Of a stretch of 64,000 bases of DNA, positions 18,319 through 28,809 are shown piece by piece; positions within the stretch are counted from its first letter, which is position 1; each line of letters starts with the position of its first letter. This DNA is from an uncultured delta proteobacterium (GTDB lineage: Bacteria > Desulfobacterota > WTBG01 > CAIYCZ01). The notes beneath the pieces are model-generated. The model saw nothing but the letters and a program-made list of their open reading frames with translations. It ran no database searches and was not told where the DNA came from. A program made the position numbers and the translations under genes. The DNA is taken from contig CAWDOY010000005.1 in the NCBI GenBank assembly GCA_963803975.1, forward strand, positions 1 through 64,000, read 5' to 3'.

Positions 18319-20238
18319 ATGGAACGATTGCTCGACCGGATCAATACCCCGCAGGATCTGAAAAAACTGAATTTAAAGCAGCTCACCCCGCTGGCTGAAG
18401 AAATCCGCGAGCTCATGGTTGACACCATATCCCGGACCGGGGGCCATCTTGCCGCAAGTCTGGGGGTGGTTGAACTCACCATCGCACTGCATTATGTTTT
18501 CGATACTCCCACTGACAAGCTGGTCTGGGATGTCGGCCATCAGACCTATGCCCATAAGATTCTCACGGGCAGGAAAGAATCCTTTCCCACCATCCGCCAG
18601 CATGGCGGTATTTCCGGCTTCCCCAAACGGGAAGAAAGCCCCTTTGACAACTTCGGCACCGGACACAGCAGTACGTCCATATCTGCGGCGCTGGGCATGG
18701 CGGAAACGTGCGCGCTCTCCGGTGAGGAGCACAAAGTTATCGCCGTCATCGGTGATGGTTCTCTCATGTCCGGTATTGCCTTTGAGGGCTTAAACCAGGC
18801 CGGCCATCTGAAACGGGACTTCATTGTCGTCTTAAATGACAATGAGATGTCCATTTCGCCCAACGTGGGAGCGCTCTCATCATACCTGTCACGGCTCATC
18901 TCCGGCCAGACCTACAATACCTTCCGGGAGGAGGTGAAGACCATCCTGCAGCGCATTCCCGGTATAGGAAAATCAATGTACCGCCTGGCCAAGCATTCCG
19001 AGGAGTTTGTCAAAAGTATCTTTGTGCCCGGCCTTATCTTTGAGGAGCTTGGCTTTAAGTATATAGGTCCCATTCTCGGTCACCGCATAGACCATCTTGT
19101 TGATACCTTCAGAAACATAAAAAAGCTGCACGGCCCCCTGCTGGTGCACATCATCACGAAAAAGGGCAAAGGGTACAAGCCGGCTGAAACCGATCCGGTG
19201 CTGTTTCACGGGCTCGGGCCCTTTCAAAAAGAGACCGGACAGCCTCTGTCAGTCAAGACCGGCGGCCCTTCATATACTAAAGTATTTGGCGATACTCTTA
19301 CCAGGATCGCCCGGGAGGACAGCCGCATCATTGCACTTACCGCAGGCATGACCGGCGGTACCGGGCTGGATCAGTTTGCCCGGGAATTTCCTGATCGTTT
19401 TTATGACGTGGGGATCGCAGAACAGCATGCCATAACCTTTGCCGCGGGCATGAGCATTGACGGTTACCGCCCGGTGGTCGCCATCTATTCAACGTTTCTG
19501 CAGAGGGCCTATGATCAGATAGTGCATGACGTGTGTCTGCAGAACCTGCCGGTCATTTTCATGCTGGACCGGGCCGGCATTGTGGGTGAAGACGGCCCCA
19601 CCCATCACGGCCTGTTCGATATTTCTTACCTCCGGCACATACCCAACATGGTCCTGATGGCGCCCAAAGATGAAAATGAGCTGCAGCACATGATCTATAC
19701 CGCGGTACATCTGAAGTCGCCGGTTGCCATCCGCTATCCGCGCGGCAACGGGACCAATGTGCCGCTTGATGACTCCTTCCAAAAGCTCTCCGTTGGCAAA
19801 GCAGAGCTGCTCAGAGATGGGGCTGCAGCAACAATCTGGGCGATCGGTAACACCGTCCACCCGGCGCTGCGTGCAGCAGAACTTCTGGAAGAAGAAGGCA
19901 TTTCCTGCAGCGTGATAAACGCCCGTTTTGTCAAACCCCTTGATGAGGAGCTGCTCTGCAGCCTTGCTGAAAAGAGAGCGCCGCTCATCACGGTTGAAGA
20001 AAACGTCCTGCATGGAGGGTTCGGCTCGGCAGTACTTGAAGCCCTCCAGCGCCATAACCTCACGCAGGTAAAGGTCTCCTGTCTGGGCATACCGGATGAG
20101 TTTGTGGAGCAGGGGCCGCAGGCAGTACTGCGCGCGCACCATGGCATTGACGCCGAAGGCATTCGCGCGGCCGTAAAAAAATTGCTCTACGGAGAAGACT
20201 CTCACCTTGGCCAGTACAAAAAAACAGCCCTTGGATGA
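18319..20238 (+). CDS. dxs: 1-deoxy-D-xylulose-5-phosphate synthase
   Basis: GGHLAASLG, WDVGHQ, GHSSTS, IGDG..NDN, DVGIAEQHA, DGPTHHG. Confidence 0.98.
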   Translation: MERLLDRINTPQDLKKLNLKQLTPLAEEIRELMVDTISRTGGHLAASLGVVELTIALHYVFDTPTDKLVWDVGHQTYAHKILTGRKESFPTIRQHGGISGFPKREESPFDNFGTGHSSTSISAALGMAETCALSGEEHKVIAVIGDGSLMSGIAFEGLNQAGHLKRDFIVVLNDNEMSISPNVGALSSYLSRLISGQTYNTFREEVKTILQRIPGIGKSMYRLAKHSEEFVKSIFVPGLIFEELGFKYIGPILGHRIDHLVDTFRNIKKLHGPLLVHIITKKGKGYKPAETDPVLFHGLGPFQKETGQPLSVKTGGPSYTKVFGDTLTRIAREDSRIIALTAGMTGGTGLDQFAREFPDRFYDVGIAEQHAITFAAGMSIDGYRPVVAIYSTFLQRAYDQIVHDVCLQNLPVIFMLDRAGIVGEDGPTHHGLFDISYLRHIPNMVLMAPKDENELQHMIYTAVHLKSPVAIRYPRGNGTNVPLDDSFQKLSVGKAELLRDGAAATIWAIGNTVHPALRAAELLEEEGISCSVINARFVKPLDEELLCSLAEKRAPLITVEENVLHGGFGSAVLEALQRHNLTQVKVSCLGIPDEFVEQGPQAVLRAHHGIDAEGIRAAVKKLLYGEDSHLGQYKKTALG

Positions 20239-20953
20239 GCTGCTCGTGAAACAGGGGCTTGCGCTCTCCCTTACCCAGGCCCGCGCGCTTATCATGGCCG
20301 GAAAGGTTGTGGTCGATGATCACGCCATTGACAAACCCGGAACATTGGTCGCGCTCGCCGCTCAAATCCGCCTTAAAAGCCGCCCCGACCGCTATGTAAG
20401 CAGAGGCGGAACCAAGCTTGAAAAACCCCTCGACACCTTTAACATTGACGTTACCGGTAAAGTCGTAATGGATGTGGGTGCTTCCACCGGCGGCTTTACC
20501 GACTGCCTCCTGCAACGGGGTGCTCGAACCGTTTATGCAATCGATGTGGGCTATGGCCAGCTTGCCTGGAAGCTCAGAGAAGACCCTCGCGTGATACCAC
20601 TTGAGCGAACCAATATCTGCAACCTTACCGCGCAGGATATTCCTGCCCCGCCTGATCTCGCGGTCATTGACGTATCATTTACCTCGCTGAAAAAAATCTG
20701 GCCGCCGGTCATCGCCCTTCTGAAGCCGCAGGGAGAGCTGCTGAGCCTGGTGAAGCCGCAGTTTGAGGCAAATAAAAAGGATGTTGAGGCAGGGGGATTG
20801 ATACGAAGCATAAAAAAATATCAGGAAGTCATGCAGACCATGGTCGAGACCGCGTGCGCCCTGTCACTGCATGTCGTCGGCATCATGGAGTCGCCCGTTA
20901 GGGGGCAGAAAGGAAACCGGGAATTCTTTTTGTGCGCGGTAAAGAAGGCTTAA
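20207..20953 (+). CDS. tlyA: TlyA family rRNA methyltransferase
   Basis: S4 domain, YVSRGGTKL, DVGASTGGFTD, DVSFTSL, KPQFE, GNREF. Confidence 0.95.
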   Translation: MASTKKQPLDELLVKQGLALSLTQARALIMAGKVVVDDHAIDKPGTLVALAAQIRLKSRPDRYVSRGGTKLEKPLDTFNIDVTGKVVMDVGASTGGFTDCLLQRGARTVYAIDVGYGQLAWKLREDPRVIPLERTNICNLTAQDIPAPPDLAVIDVSFTSLKKIWPPVIALLKPQGELLSLVKPQFEANKKDVEAGGLIRSIKKYQEVMQTMVETACALSLHVVGIMESPVRGQKGNREFFLCAVKKA

Positions 20954-21434
20954 CCTTTGGACGCAGCTGGCCGCAGATTTACAGGATTATCTTTTGTCTC
21001 TCATCTGTGTTCTGTTAATATCTTTTCACCTTCCACTCCCTGCACCTCCATTCCGCATTCCAAAATCAGTAATCCGCATTTGTAACACTCTGCACTCAAC
21101 CTTTTTTCCCCTGTCCCGAATAAGGTTGAGGTGTCGAACCTAATGTTTGTATTGACACATCTAACCAACCTGCCTATTTTTTAAATGGAAAATGGGGATT
21201 TATTTTTTATGTTGCCCTTCTATGGAATTGAAGGCTCATTATAGCAACACTTTTTGAGTATTATGCCCGCAATGACAGTTTTTTTGGCTTTTTACGCGAC
21301 CATCAATCTTACAGTATTAAAAATAATACCACTCTCATTTTAGTCGCGTCGGAAATTATCTCCTAAAGCTATTTATCTGTCTGAATTTACATGCTTTTAT
21401 TTTTTATTAAATTCTTCAATACAGGAATAATCTT

Positions 21435-21449
21435 TGGTATATTTTTCGC
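21435..21449 (+). promoter_or_regulatory. Putative sigma54 (-24/-12) promoter
   Basis: TGGTATATTTTTCGC = GG-N10-GC, about 90 nt upstream of the riboswitch. Confidence 0.4.
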
Positions 21450-21541
21450 AATCTAAATTGATGTGCTTATATCAACACTTTTTATAAAACAATAATATCT
21501 TATTGTTTAAATGGTCATTGTTAGTGACCCATACAGTTATT

Positions 21542-21630
21542 AACCGAAAAAGGCAAACTATCTGAAAAGGTAGGACGCAAAGCCACTGGCCTAAGTCCGT
21601 TTCTAAAGGATATGGCAGCAGGGTTGCCGG
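21542..21630 (+). ncRNA. Cyclic di-GMP-I (GEMM) riboswitch
   Basis: GGCAAAC-stem with GAAA loop-GGACGCAAAGCC...GGCCTAA...ATGGCAGC.GGGTTGCC pattern in a 5' UTR. Confidence 0.9.
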
Positions 21631-21687
21631 GCGAATACAGTACCTCTCAGGAATGTGTTTCGCACGGAAACACTCTTGGAGGGTACT

Positions 21688-23082
21688 GTGAAAACATCAT
21701 CAGACATACAAGCTAATACTGCGACATCCTTATCTGCACGCATATCCTGCAGCATCCCCCTTTTTTTGGTAATCCCATTATTTCTTATTATTTGCGTTAC
21801 TCACGCGTATGCTGATCAGGTAACCTTAGGCTGGGATCAAAATACAGAACCAGACCTTGCGGGCTATAAAATCTACTATGGTACTTCGTCAGGAAATTAT
21901 ACTGAAAGCGTTAATATAACATCCGGGAATATTACTACTTGTACTATTTCTGATTTAATAGAAGGACAGACATATTATTTTGCTGCAACTGCGTATAACA
22001 GCAGCCTGGTGGAAAGCAATTATTCTGCAGAAGTTTATTATACCATTGACACTGCAACTACCACCTCGACCGTGATTGAGACGACTACCACGACCACGGT
22101 GAAACCGACAACGTCTACCACTATCTCGGCAGGTGGTGGTGGTGGAGGTGGTGGTGGCTCAACCCCATTAAACACTATGCCCGTCGCTGAGGCTGGAAAT
22201 GATCAGGAGGCAAATGAAGGAGATCTGATTAGCCTTTATGGTTCAGAAAGTTATGACAATGATGGCGATTCTCTTACCTATCAATGGACACAGATTTCAG
22301 GACCAACAGTCTCCTTGTCTGGTTCCACTGCTGCACAACCTGAATTCTATGCTCCCAGTGTAGGTACATTTACTTTCACCCTGGTTGTCAACGATGGTGA
22401 ATTGGATAGCACTGCTGATACTGTTAAAGTGATAGTTCATCCGCTAAATCACAGACCGATTGCTCAGGCAGGAAATGACCTCAATGTTCAAATAGGTGAC
22501 AAGGTTTTATTAGATGGTATAGCAAGTTATGATCCTGATGGAAATCAACTTGCCTATAATTGGATTCAGGTATCCGGCCCTGCAGTTAGTCTCACCAACG
22601 CAAATTCTCCAACACCATACTTCATGTCTTCTGTAGAGGGTATCTATCAATTTGATCTAACCGTATTTGATGGAAAACTGTGGAGTCTTACTGATTCAGT
22701 AGTTATGACGGTAAAAACCCCTGTTATTAATCTTATTAGTCCAGCAAACGGGGCAAAGATTGCCGGTTCTGTGCGTTTAGACTGGGAGGGTAAGGGGTTT
22801 GTAACCTTCAGGGTACTCGTATCGAAAGATGGTAAGGTTTTTAAAAGCTTAGGTGAAACAACTGAACAATACTATACAATATCAGATTTAACGACGCTCA
22901 TGTTAAGTACACGCAAAGCTAAATCGGTTCCTATTTACTGGAAAATTCAAGGCAAGAAAGCTATGGGGGACAACTACGGGGTGGCAAGTGAAATAAGAAA
23001 ATTTTATACCGCACCAAATCTTAAAGTTTATCAAAATGCTTTAAGAGAGTTGCTAGCAAGAATTCAAGAAAAGAAAAGTTAA
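21688..23082 (+). CDS. Secreted/surface protein: FN3 domain, Thr/Gly linker, two PKD/K319-like domains
   Basis: Signal peptide ending AYA-DQV, WDQNTEPDLAGYKIYYG, two PxAxAGxD..SYD.DG..L.Y.W.Q.SGP repeats. Start uncertain (21655 or 21688). Confidence 0.8.
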   Translation: MKTSSDIQANTATSLSARISCSIPLFLVIPLFLIICVTHAYADQVTLGWDQNTEPDLAGYKIYYGTSSGNYTESVNITSGNITTCTISDLIEGQTYYFAATAYNSSLVESNYSAEVYYTIDTATTTSTVIETTTTTTVKPTTSTTISAGGGGGGGGGSTPLNTMPVAEAGNDQEANEGDLISLYGSESYDNDGDSLTYQWTQISGPTVSLSGSTAAQPEFYAPSVGTFTFTLVVNDGELDSTADTVKVIVHPLNHRPIAQAGNDLNVQIGDKVLLDGIASYDPDGNQLAYNWIQVSGPAVSLTNANSPTPYFMSSVEGIYQFDLTVFDGKLWSLTDSVVMTVKTPVINLISPANGAKIAGSVRLDWEGKGFVTFRVLVSKDGKVFKSLGETTEQYYTISDLTTLMLSTRKAKSVPIYWKIQGKKAMGDNYGVASEIRKFYTAPNLKVYQNALRELLARIQEKKS

Positions 23083-23230
23083 ATTGGAGGGAACAGAATT
23101 ATCTACACGTCCAGAGTTTCTTCTGATCATTCCGAATTCCGCAACCTGAGCCTGTGCTGGTGCCCCCTATACATCTTTATCTATACCAGCAAAACAAGTG
23201 AATCCGTAGTGGATGGTGAGCGTAGAGAGT

Positions 23231-24493
23231 TTACGGGATGAATAAGAACTTTTTGGGCAGGTCTTTTTCTCTGAGCGGTCCCAGGAAGGTATAATTGACG
23301 AACTTTTGATTGAACATCATGCGCGCCAGCTCCTGCACGGCGTCGCTGGTCACCGCGTCAATTTCTGCTACCACATCTTCAATCGGTATATAGCTGTTAT
23401 AGTAGATTTCGCTTTTTGCCAGCCGGCTCATGCGGTTATCCGTGCTTTCGGTGGAGAGCAGCAAATTCCCCTTGAGCTGCTCCTTGGAACTGCTCAGTTC
23501 CTCTGCGCTGATTTTTTCATCCTTTAATTTTTCAATTTCGCGCAGAACAATGGCAATCGCCTGCTGGGCCAGCTCTTTTTTCACCCCCATATAAATGCCG
23601 AAAACGCCGGTGTCAACATATGCTGAGGCAAAGGAATATACTGAATAGGCCAGCCCCTGCTGCTCCCGTATCTCCTGAAACAGCCGTGAGCTCATGCTCC
23701 CCCCGAACAAGGCATTGAGGACATAGAGCGCATAGCGCTGCGGATCAAGCTGGGACAGCCCGACAGTGCCCATACAGACGTGCACCTGTTCCAGCTTGCG
23801 GTAGTGGAAAAGAACGCGCTGCTGCGGCGCAAAAGAGTCGCCCGCGAGCTGGTCCTGCGCCAGCGCGAGGCCGGCAAAAGACCCGCTCAGCTCCTGTAAC
23901 AGCTGTTCATGCGTAAGATCCCCGGCGGCAGCAATGATGATCCGCTGGGGCTGCAGATACTCGCTGGTAAAAAAGCTGACCAGGCTGTTTCTGTCCATAT
24001 CCTGAATGGTCGCCGCTTCTCCCTGAATAGGGTAGCCGAGCGGATGGTCAAAGAAATATGATTCATTAAAGAGATCCTGGATGTAGTCATCCGGAGTATC
24101 TTTAATCATGTGGATCTCCTGCATGATCACACTTCGTTCCTTCTCTATGTCATCGGGGGCAAAAAGAGAATTGAGAAAAATATCGGTGAGCAGTTCAACC
24201 GCAAGGGAGAGGTGCTGTTTTAATATTTTCACATAAAAGCAGGTGTATTCCTTCCCCGTGAACGCATTGATAATGCCGCCGACGGAATCAATGCGCCGGG
24301 CTATCTCAACCGCCTTATGCCGCGGGGTACCTTTGAAAAGCATGTGTTCTATGAAATGGCAAATCCCCTGCTGTTCACTGGTTTCAAAGCGTGACCCGGT
24401 TTTGACCCAGATGCCGATGCAAACCGAGTGAACATGGGCAATCTGTTCCGTTACTACTTTGATACCGTTAGGAAGAAGCGTTGTGTGAACCAT
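23231..24493 (-). CDS. M16 family zinc peptidase
   Basis: HFIEHMLFKG inverted zinc motif, NAFT, SSRLFQEIRE..GLAYS; follows pnp. Confidence 0.93.
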   Translation of the reverse strand: MVHTTLLPNGIKVVTEQIAHVHSVCIGIWVKTGSRFETSEQQGICHFIEHMLFKGTPRHKAVEIARRIDSVGGIINAFTGKEYTCFYVKILKQHLSLAVELLTDIFLNSLFAPDDIEKERSVIMQEIHMIKDTPDDYIQDLFNESYFFDHPLGYPIQGEAATIQDMDRNSLVSFFTSEYLQPQRIIIAAAGDLTHEQLLQELSGSFAGLALAQDQLAGDSFAPQQRVLFHYRKLEQVHVCMGTVGLSQLDPQRYALYVLNALFGGSMSSRLFQEIREQQGLAYSVYSFASAYVDTGVFGIYMGVKKELAQQAIAIVLREIEKLKDEKISAEELSSSKEQLKGNLLLSTESTDNRMSRLAKSEIYYNSYIPIEDVVAEIDAVTSDAVQELARMMFNQKFVNYTFLGPLREKDLPKKFLFIP

Positions 24494-24606
24494 GTGCATG
24501 ACAGTACAAAGCTCCCTGCCCGGGGGCGAGGGAGCCTGCATAAAGAGTTATCGAAAAATTATCCGGAGGCAGGGCCCGCACTGAATGCGGACCGCTCAGC
24601 CGGCGT

Positions 24607-26706
24607 CTACTTATTGACGGGGGTTTGATTGCCCTTCATTGCCTCTTTCCGGCTCAGCTTGATCTTGCCCTGCTGGTCAATGTCCAGTACCTTCACCAGC
24701 ACCTCATCACCCTCATTGAGAACATCCCGCACATTCTTTACATGGGTATCATCAAGCTGGGAAATATGCACGAGGCCATCCACGCCGGGGAGAATTTCGA
24801 CAAATGCCCCGAAATCCATTATCTTTCTAACTTTACCCAGGTAAACCTGGTTTATTTCTGCCTCCTGAACCAGCTCCTTAATCATTGCCATCGCTTTTTC
24901 CAGCGATGCGCTGTCAGCTGAGGCGATGTTTACTTTCCCGTCGTCCTCAACATCAATTTTTGCTCCGGTCTGGGCAATAATATTGCGGATGTTCTTCCCC
25001 CCCGGTCCGATAACATCTCTCACCTTGTCCGGCCTCACCTGCATGGTAACAATCTTTGGCGCGCGGGCAGACAGAGCTGGACGCGGCTCTTTCAGGGTTT
25101 GCTGCATGATCTCCAGAATAAACAGGCGGCCTTCCCGGGCCTGATTCAATGCCGAGGAGAGGATATCCCTGGTAAGCCCGGTGATTTTTATATCCATCTG
25201 AATTGCCGTGATTCCCTGATCGGGTTCCCGCGACTTTAAAATCCATATCGCCGATATGGTCCTCGTCGCCCAGAATATCGGAAAGAATAATAAAATCATT
25301 TCCCTCCTTGATGAGCCCCATGGCTATGCCCGCAACCGGCATGGTGATAGGCACACCGGCATCCATTAATGAAAGAGCGCTGCCGCATACCGTGGCCATA
25401 GAGGATGAGCCATTGGATTCCAGTATTTCAGAAACAATGCGAATGGTATAGGGGAAGTCTTCAGCGCGCGGCAATACCTTGGCAATGGCCCGCTCTGCCA
25501 GTGCGCCATGCCCGATGTCCCGACGCGACGGTGAGCGCAGAGGGCGCGCTTCACCAACCGAGAAGGGCGGAAAGTTATAATGCAGCATAAAGGATTTTTT
25601 CATCTCACCGATCAGGGCATCGATGCGCTGCTCATCTGCTGAAGTGCCCAGTGTCGTTGACACCAGGGCCTGCGTTTCACCGCGGGTGAAAAGCGCGGAG
25701 CCGTGCGTCCGGGGAAGAACGTCAACGTCGCAGCTTATCGATCTGATATCAGTAAAGGAACGCCCGTCAATGCGTTTCTTGTCCCGGGTTATCTGTTCCC
25801 GGATAATGCGTTTCTCGATGCTGTCAAGAATACTGCGTATCTGGCCCTTCTTTTCCTCATGCTCCGGCAGCAGGCTCTCAATGGTTTCAGCAACAACATC
25901 ATGCAGCGTGTTGTTGCGCTCCTGCTTGGCGGCAATGGCGAGCGCGGCGCGCATCCTGTCCGCGGCACGCTGTTCGACCTGTGCCGCCAGGTCGGAATCG
26001 ATACTCTCTTCGGGCACCACGATCTTGGTCTTGCCGACCCGCTTCCGGAGTTCCTTTTGGAGCGCTATGACCTCCTGCATGCTGCGGTGACCGAACATGA
26101 TCGCCTCCAGCACCTCATCTTCCGGCAGGATATTTGCGCCTCCTTCAACCATCACCACCGCTTCTTCGCTGCCGGCGACAATGATCTCCAGGTCGCTGTC
26201 TTTCATGCTCTCAAACGACGGGTTGATGGTCAGCTGCCCGTTAATGCGCCCCACCCGCGTGCCGGCAATCGGGCCGTAAAAGGGGATATCGGAAATCTCC
26301 AGCGCCGCTGAAGCGCCGATAATGGCCAGGATGTCAGGATTATTTTCGCTGTCAGCGGAAAGCACGGTGGCGATAATCTGCACATCGTTGAAATAATTTT
26401 TCGGGAACAGCGGCCGCAGCGGCCGGTCGATAAAGCGTGAGGTGAGGACCTCTTTTTCGCTCGGCCGCCCCTCCCGCTTGAAAAAACCACCCGGTATTTT
26501 CCCTGCTGCATAGGTCATTTCCTGGTAATCAACGGTCAGGGGAAAAAATCTCTTCCCTCCCGCGGTGTTCTTGACGTAACTGCGGAAACCAGCACCACAC
26601 TTTCGCCATAGGTCACCAGCACGGCACCATTAGCCTGTTTTGCCAGGCGGCCAGTCTCTAAAGTGAGCGTTCGTCCTCCCCATGTAATAGTAACTCGTTC
26701 AGTCAT
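24607..26706 (-). CDS. pnp: Polyribonucleotide nucleotidyltransferase (frameshifts ~26550, ~25220)
   Basis: [50 protein letters not shown] and S1 domains. Confidence 0.96.
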
Positions 26707-26812
26707 ATCTATCTACCTCTATGCAAAATTTCTGCTGTAAAGCTATGGATCGGTGAAGTCCTCAGCCATAGCGCAATGACACGATACTCCCGCTGGTGCG
26801 GGAAGCAGGCGC

Positions 26813-27082
26813 CTATTTTCTCAGACGTAACCCTTCAATAACCTGTCTGTAGCGGTCGGTATCTTTGCGTTTAAGATAATCCAGGAGCTTGCGCCGCTGG
26901 TTTACCATCTTCAGGAGCCCCCGGCGGGAATGGTGGTCCTTCTTGTGCATCTTGAAATGCTCCGTCAGATAATTAATCCGCTCTGTGAGCAGTGCAATCT
27001 GCACAGCCGGAGACCCGCTGTCCTTTTCATGAAGTTTAAATTTACCGATCAGTTCCTGTTTCTTTTCTGCCTGTAAAACCAT
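26813..27082 (-). CDS. rpsO: 30S ribosomal protein S15
   Basis: [24 protein letters not shown]. Confidence 0.98.
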   Translation of the reverse strand: MVLQAEKKQELIGKFKLHEKDSGSPAVQIALLTERINYLTEHFKMHKKDHHSRRGLLKMVNQRRKLLDYLKRKDTDRYRQVIEGLRLRK

Positions 27083-27140
27083 AAAATCCCCTTACTCTTG
27101 GTTGTTTCATTGTTACTCAATGTGCTTGTGCGTTATGCCG

Positions 27141-28076
27141 TTAGTTCATAAAAGTACGAAGGGTCTTCCATACCGGTAGCTGCAGCGCATCAGCGTCAGC
27201 AGTGTCACGGTCAATGGAGCATTCAACAACAGCAATCAGCCTGCCATCAGCGGACACGATTTTTGCCGTTTGTCCTGCAGTGAGGTGCGGAAGCGCACTT
27301 TCCTCGATATCCCGCATCCGCATCTGCAGGCCCTGTCTGATTTTTGTTATGAGGGGCTGCGCCACCACCATTTCCGGCATCCCGGTTAACGCCTCGTTCA
27401 ACGGGATGATATGTTTGTTCAGGCAGTCGTTGCCGGCGTCCGCCCGTACGTCTTCTAACTCCAGGGCTTCGTTAATATGAAAAGCCCCGTTCCGCACCCG
27501 CTGGAGCGCTACCATGTGAGCGCCGCAGGACAGGCGCTTACCGATATCGTCACACAGCGTCCGGATATAGGTTCCGTGGGAGCAGCGAACCGCAAAGGTG
27601 ATAAAGGGCACGGCACAGGTGAGCACCTCAATGCTGAAAATAGTAATCTCCCGGGGTTGTCGCGGTACCGAGCCGCCCTTTCGTGCTATGCGGTACAGCG
27701 GGGTGCCCTTGTATTTGAGCGCCGAAAACATCGGGGGAGTCTGCAGCACGGGGCCCTGAAACTCGCTGAAAACATCCCGGATCTGTTCCTGGTCGTGGGG
27801 AATCATCTCTGTCTGCCGTACTATGGTTCCCTCCTGGTCCTGGGTATCTGTTTCAATGCCCAGCCGGAGCGTTGCAATATACTCCTTCTCGCAGTGCAGG
27901 AAAAAAGGCGCCAGCTTTGTCCCCTCATTAATACACAGAGGCAGCACGCCGGTTGCCATCGGGTCTAAGGTCCCGATATGCCCGACCTTGCGCGCACCCA
28001 GTATGCGTTTTACCCTGAGCACAACTCCGCTGGAGGTTACTCCCGCGGGCTTATTGATAACAATAACGCCATCCAT
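27141..28076 (-). CDS. truB: tRNA pseudouridine(55) synthase
   Basis: KVGHIGTLDP, PPMFSALK, CSHGTYIR. Confidence 0.96.
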   Translation of the reverse strand: MDGVIVINKPAGVTSSGVVLRVKRILGARKVGHIGTLDPMATGVLPLCINEGTKLAPFFLHCEKEYIATLRLGIETDTQDQEGTIVRQTEMIPHDQEQIRDVFSEFQGPVLQTPPMFSALKYKGTPLYRIARKGGSVPRQPREITIFSIEVLTCAVPFITFAVRCSHGTYIRTLCDDIGKRLSCGAHMVALQRVRNGAFHINEALELEDVRADAGNDCLNKHIIPLNEALTGMPEMVVAQPLITKIRQGLQMRMRDIEESALPHLTAGQTAKIVSADGRLIAVVECSIDRDTADADALQLPVWKTLRTFMN

Positions 28077-28078
28077 GG

Positions 28079-28453
28079 CTATTCAGTGTGTTCGGTGTGC
28101 TCTTGCTTTTCTTCCAGTTCCCGAAAAATCTGATCCATATGCGCTGCCTGTATTAATGAATCGTCAAACAGAAACGAAAGGTGCGGCACATAGCGAAGAT
28201 GCACTCGCTCAGCCAGCTGCCGCTGCACAAAACCAGCCGCGCGCTCCAGACCGGTGATCGTGTCTGTCAGCTCCTGCCCCGTTTTCATGGTACTGAAAAA
28301 AACTTTGGCCTGCTTGAGGTCACCGGTAACCGCCGCATGGGTAATGGTGACCATGGCGACGCGCGGATCCTTTACCTCACGAAGAAGAATCTCGGAAACT
28401 TCCCGTTTAATCAGATCTGCAAGACGATCAAGCCGTGAGTGGGTGCTCTTCAT
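28079..28453 (-). CDS. rbfA: Ribosome-binding factor A
   Basis: KDPR, DLKQAKVF, LRYVPHLSF..D. Confidence 0.93.
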   Translation of the reverse strand: MKSTHSRLDRLADLIKREVSEILLREVKDPRVAMVTITHAAVTGDLKQAKVFFSTMKTGQELTDTITGLERAAGFVQRQLAERVHLRYVPHLSFLFDDSLIQAAHMDQIFRELEEKQEHTEHTE

Positions 28454-28520
28454 ACAACCCTGGGACTCCTGGAAAAGCTCCCTGCCGGTCCGGCGGACAT
28501 GGCACTGCATGAATCAGCAG

Positions 28521-28808
28521 CTACAGGGTAATAATTTCAATATGGGAAACATTTACTTCCGCTAAACACAGGTTTTCAATAAAATTTATTACTTTATCTA
28601 TTGTCGCATGAACGACCTGCTGTTCATTGCTCACCATGCAAAATCCGATCAGAGAGCTTTGCCACAGATCATGGTCACCAACTTCTGCTATGGATACCGG
28701 GAACCGGTTGCGCACCCGCTCCAGTATGCTTTTAAGAACACGCCGCTTTTCCTTCAGGGAAAGTGTGTCCTGAATAATCAGTTTAATCTGACAGATGCCA
28801 ACGACCAT
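28521..28808 (-). CDS. DUF503 (YlxP-like) protein
   Basis: SLKEKRRVLKS, VSIAEV..HDLWQ; lies between infB and rbfA. Confidence 0.9.
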   Translation of the reverse strand: MVVGICQIKLIIQDTLSLKEKRRVLKSILERVRNRFPVSIAEVGDHDLWQSSLIGFCMVSNEQQVVHATIDKVINFIENLCLAEVNVSHIEIITL

Positions 28809-28809
28809 G

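Noticed and set aside
22132..22158. (GGT)n tract as a phase-variable repeat
   Set aside because: In-frame trinucleotide encoding a Gly linker; slippage would not switch expression.
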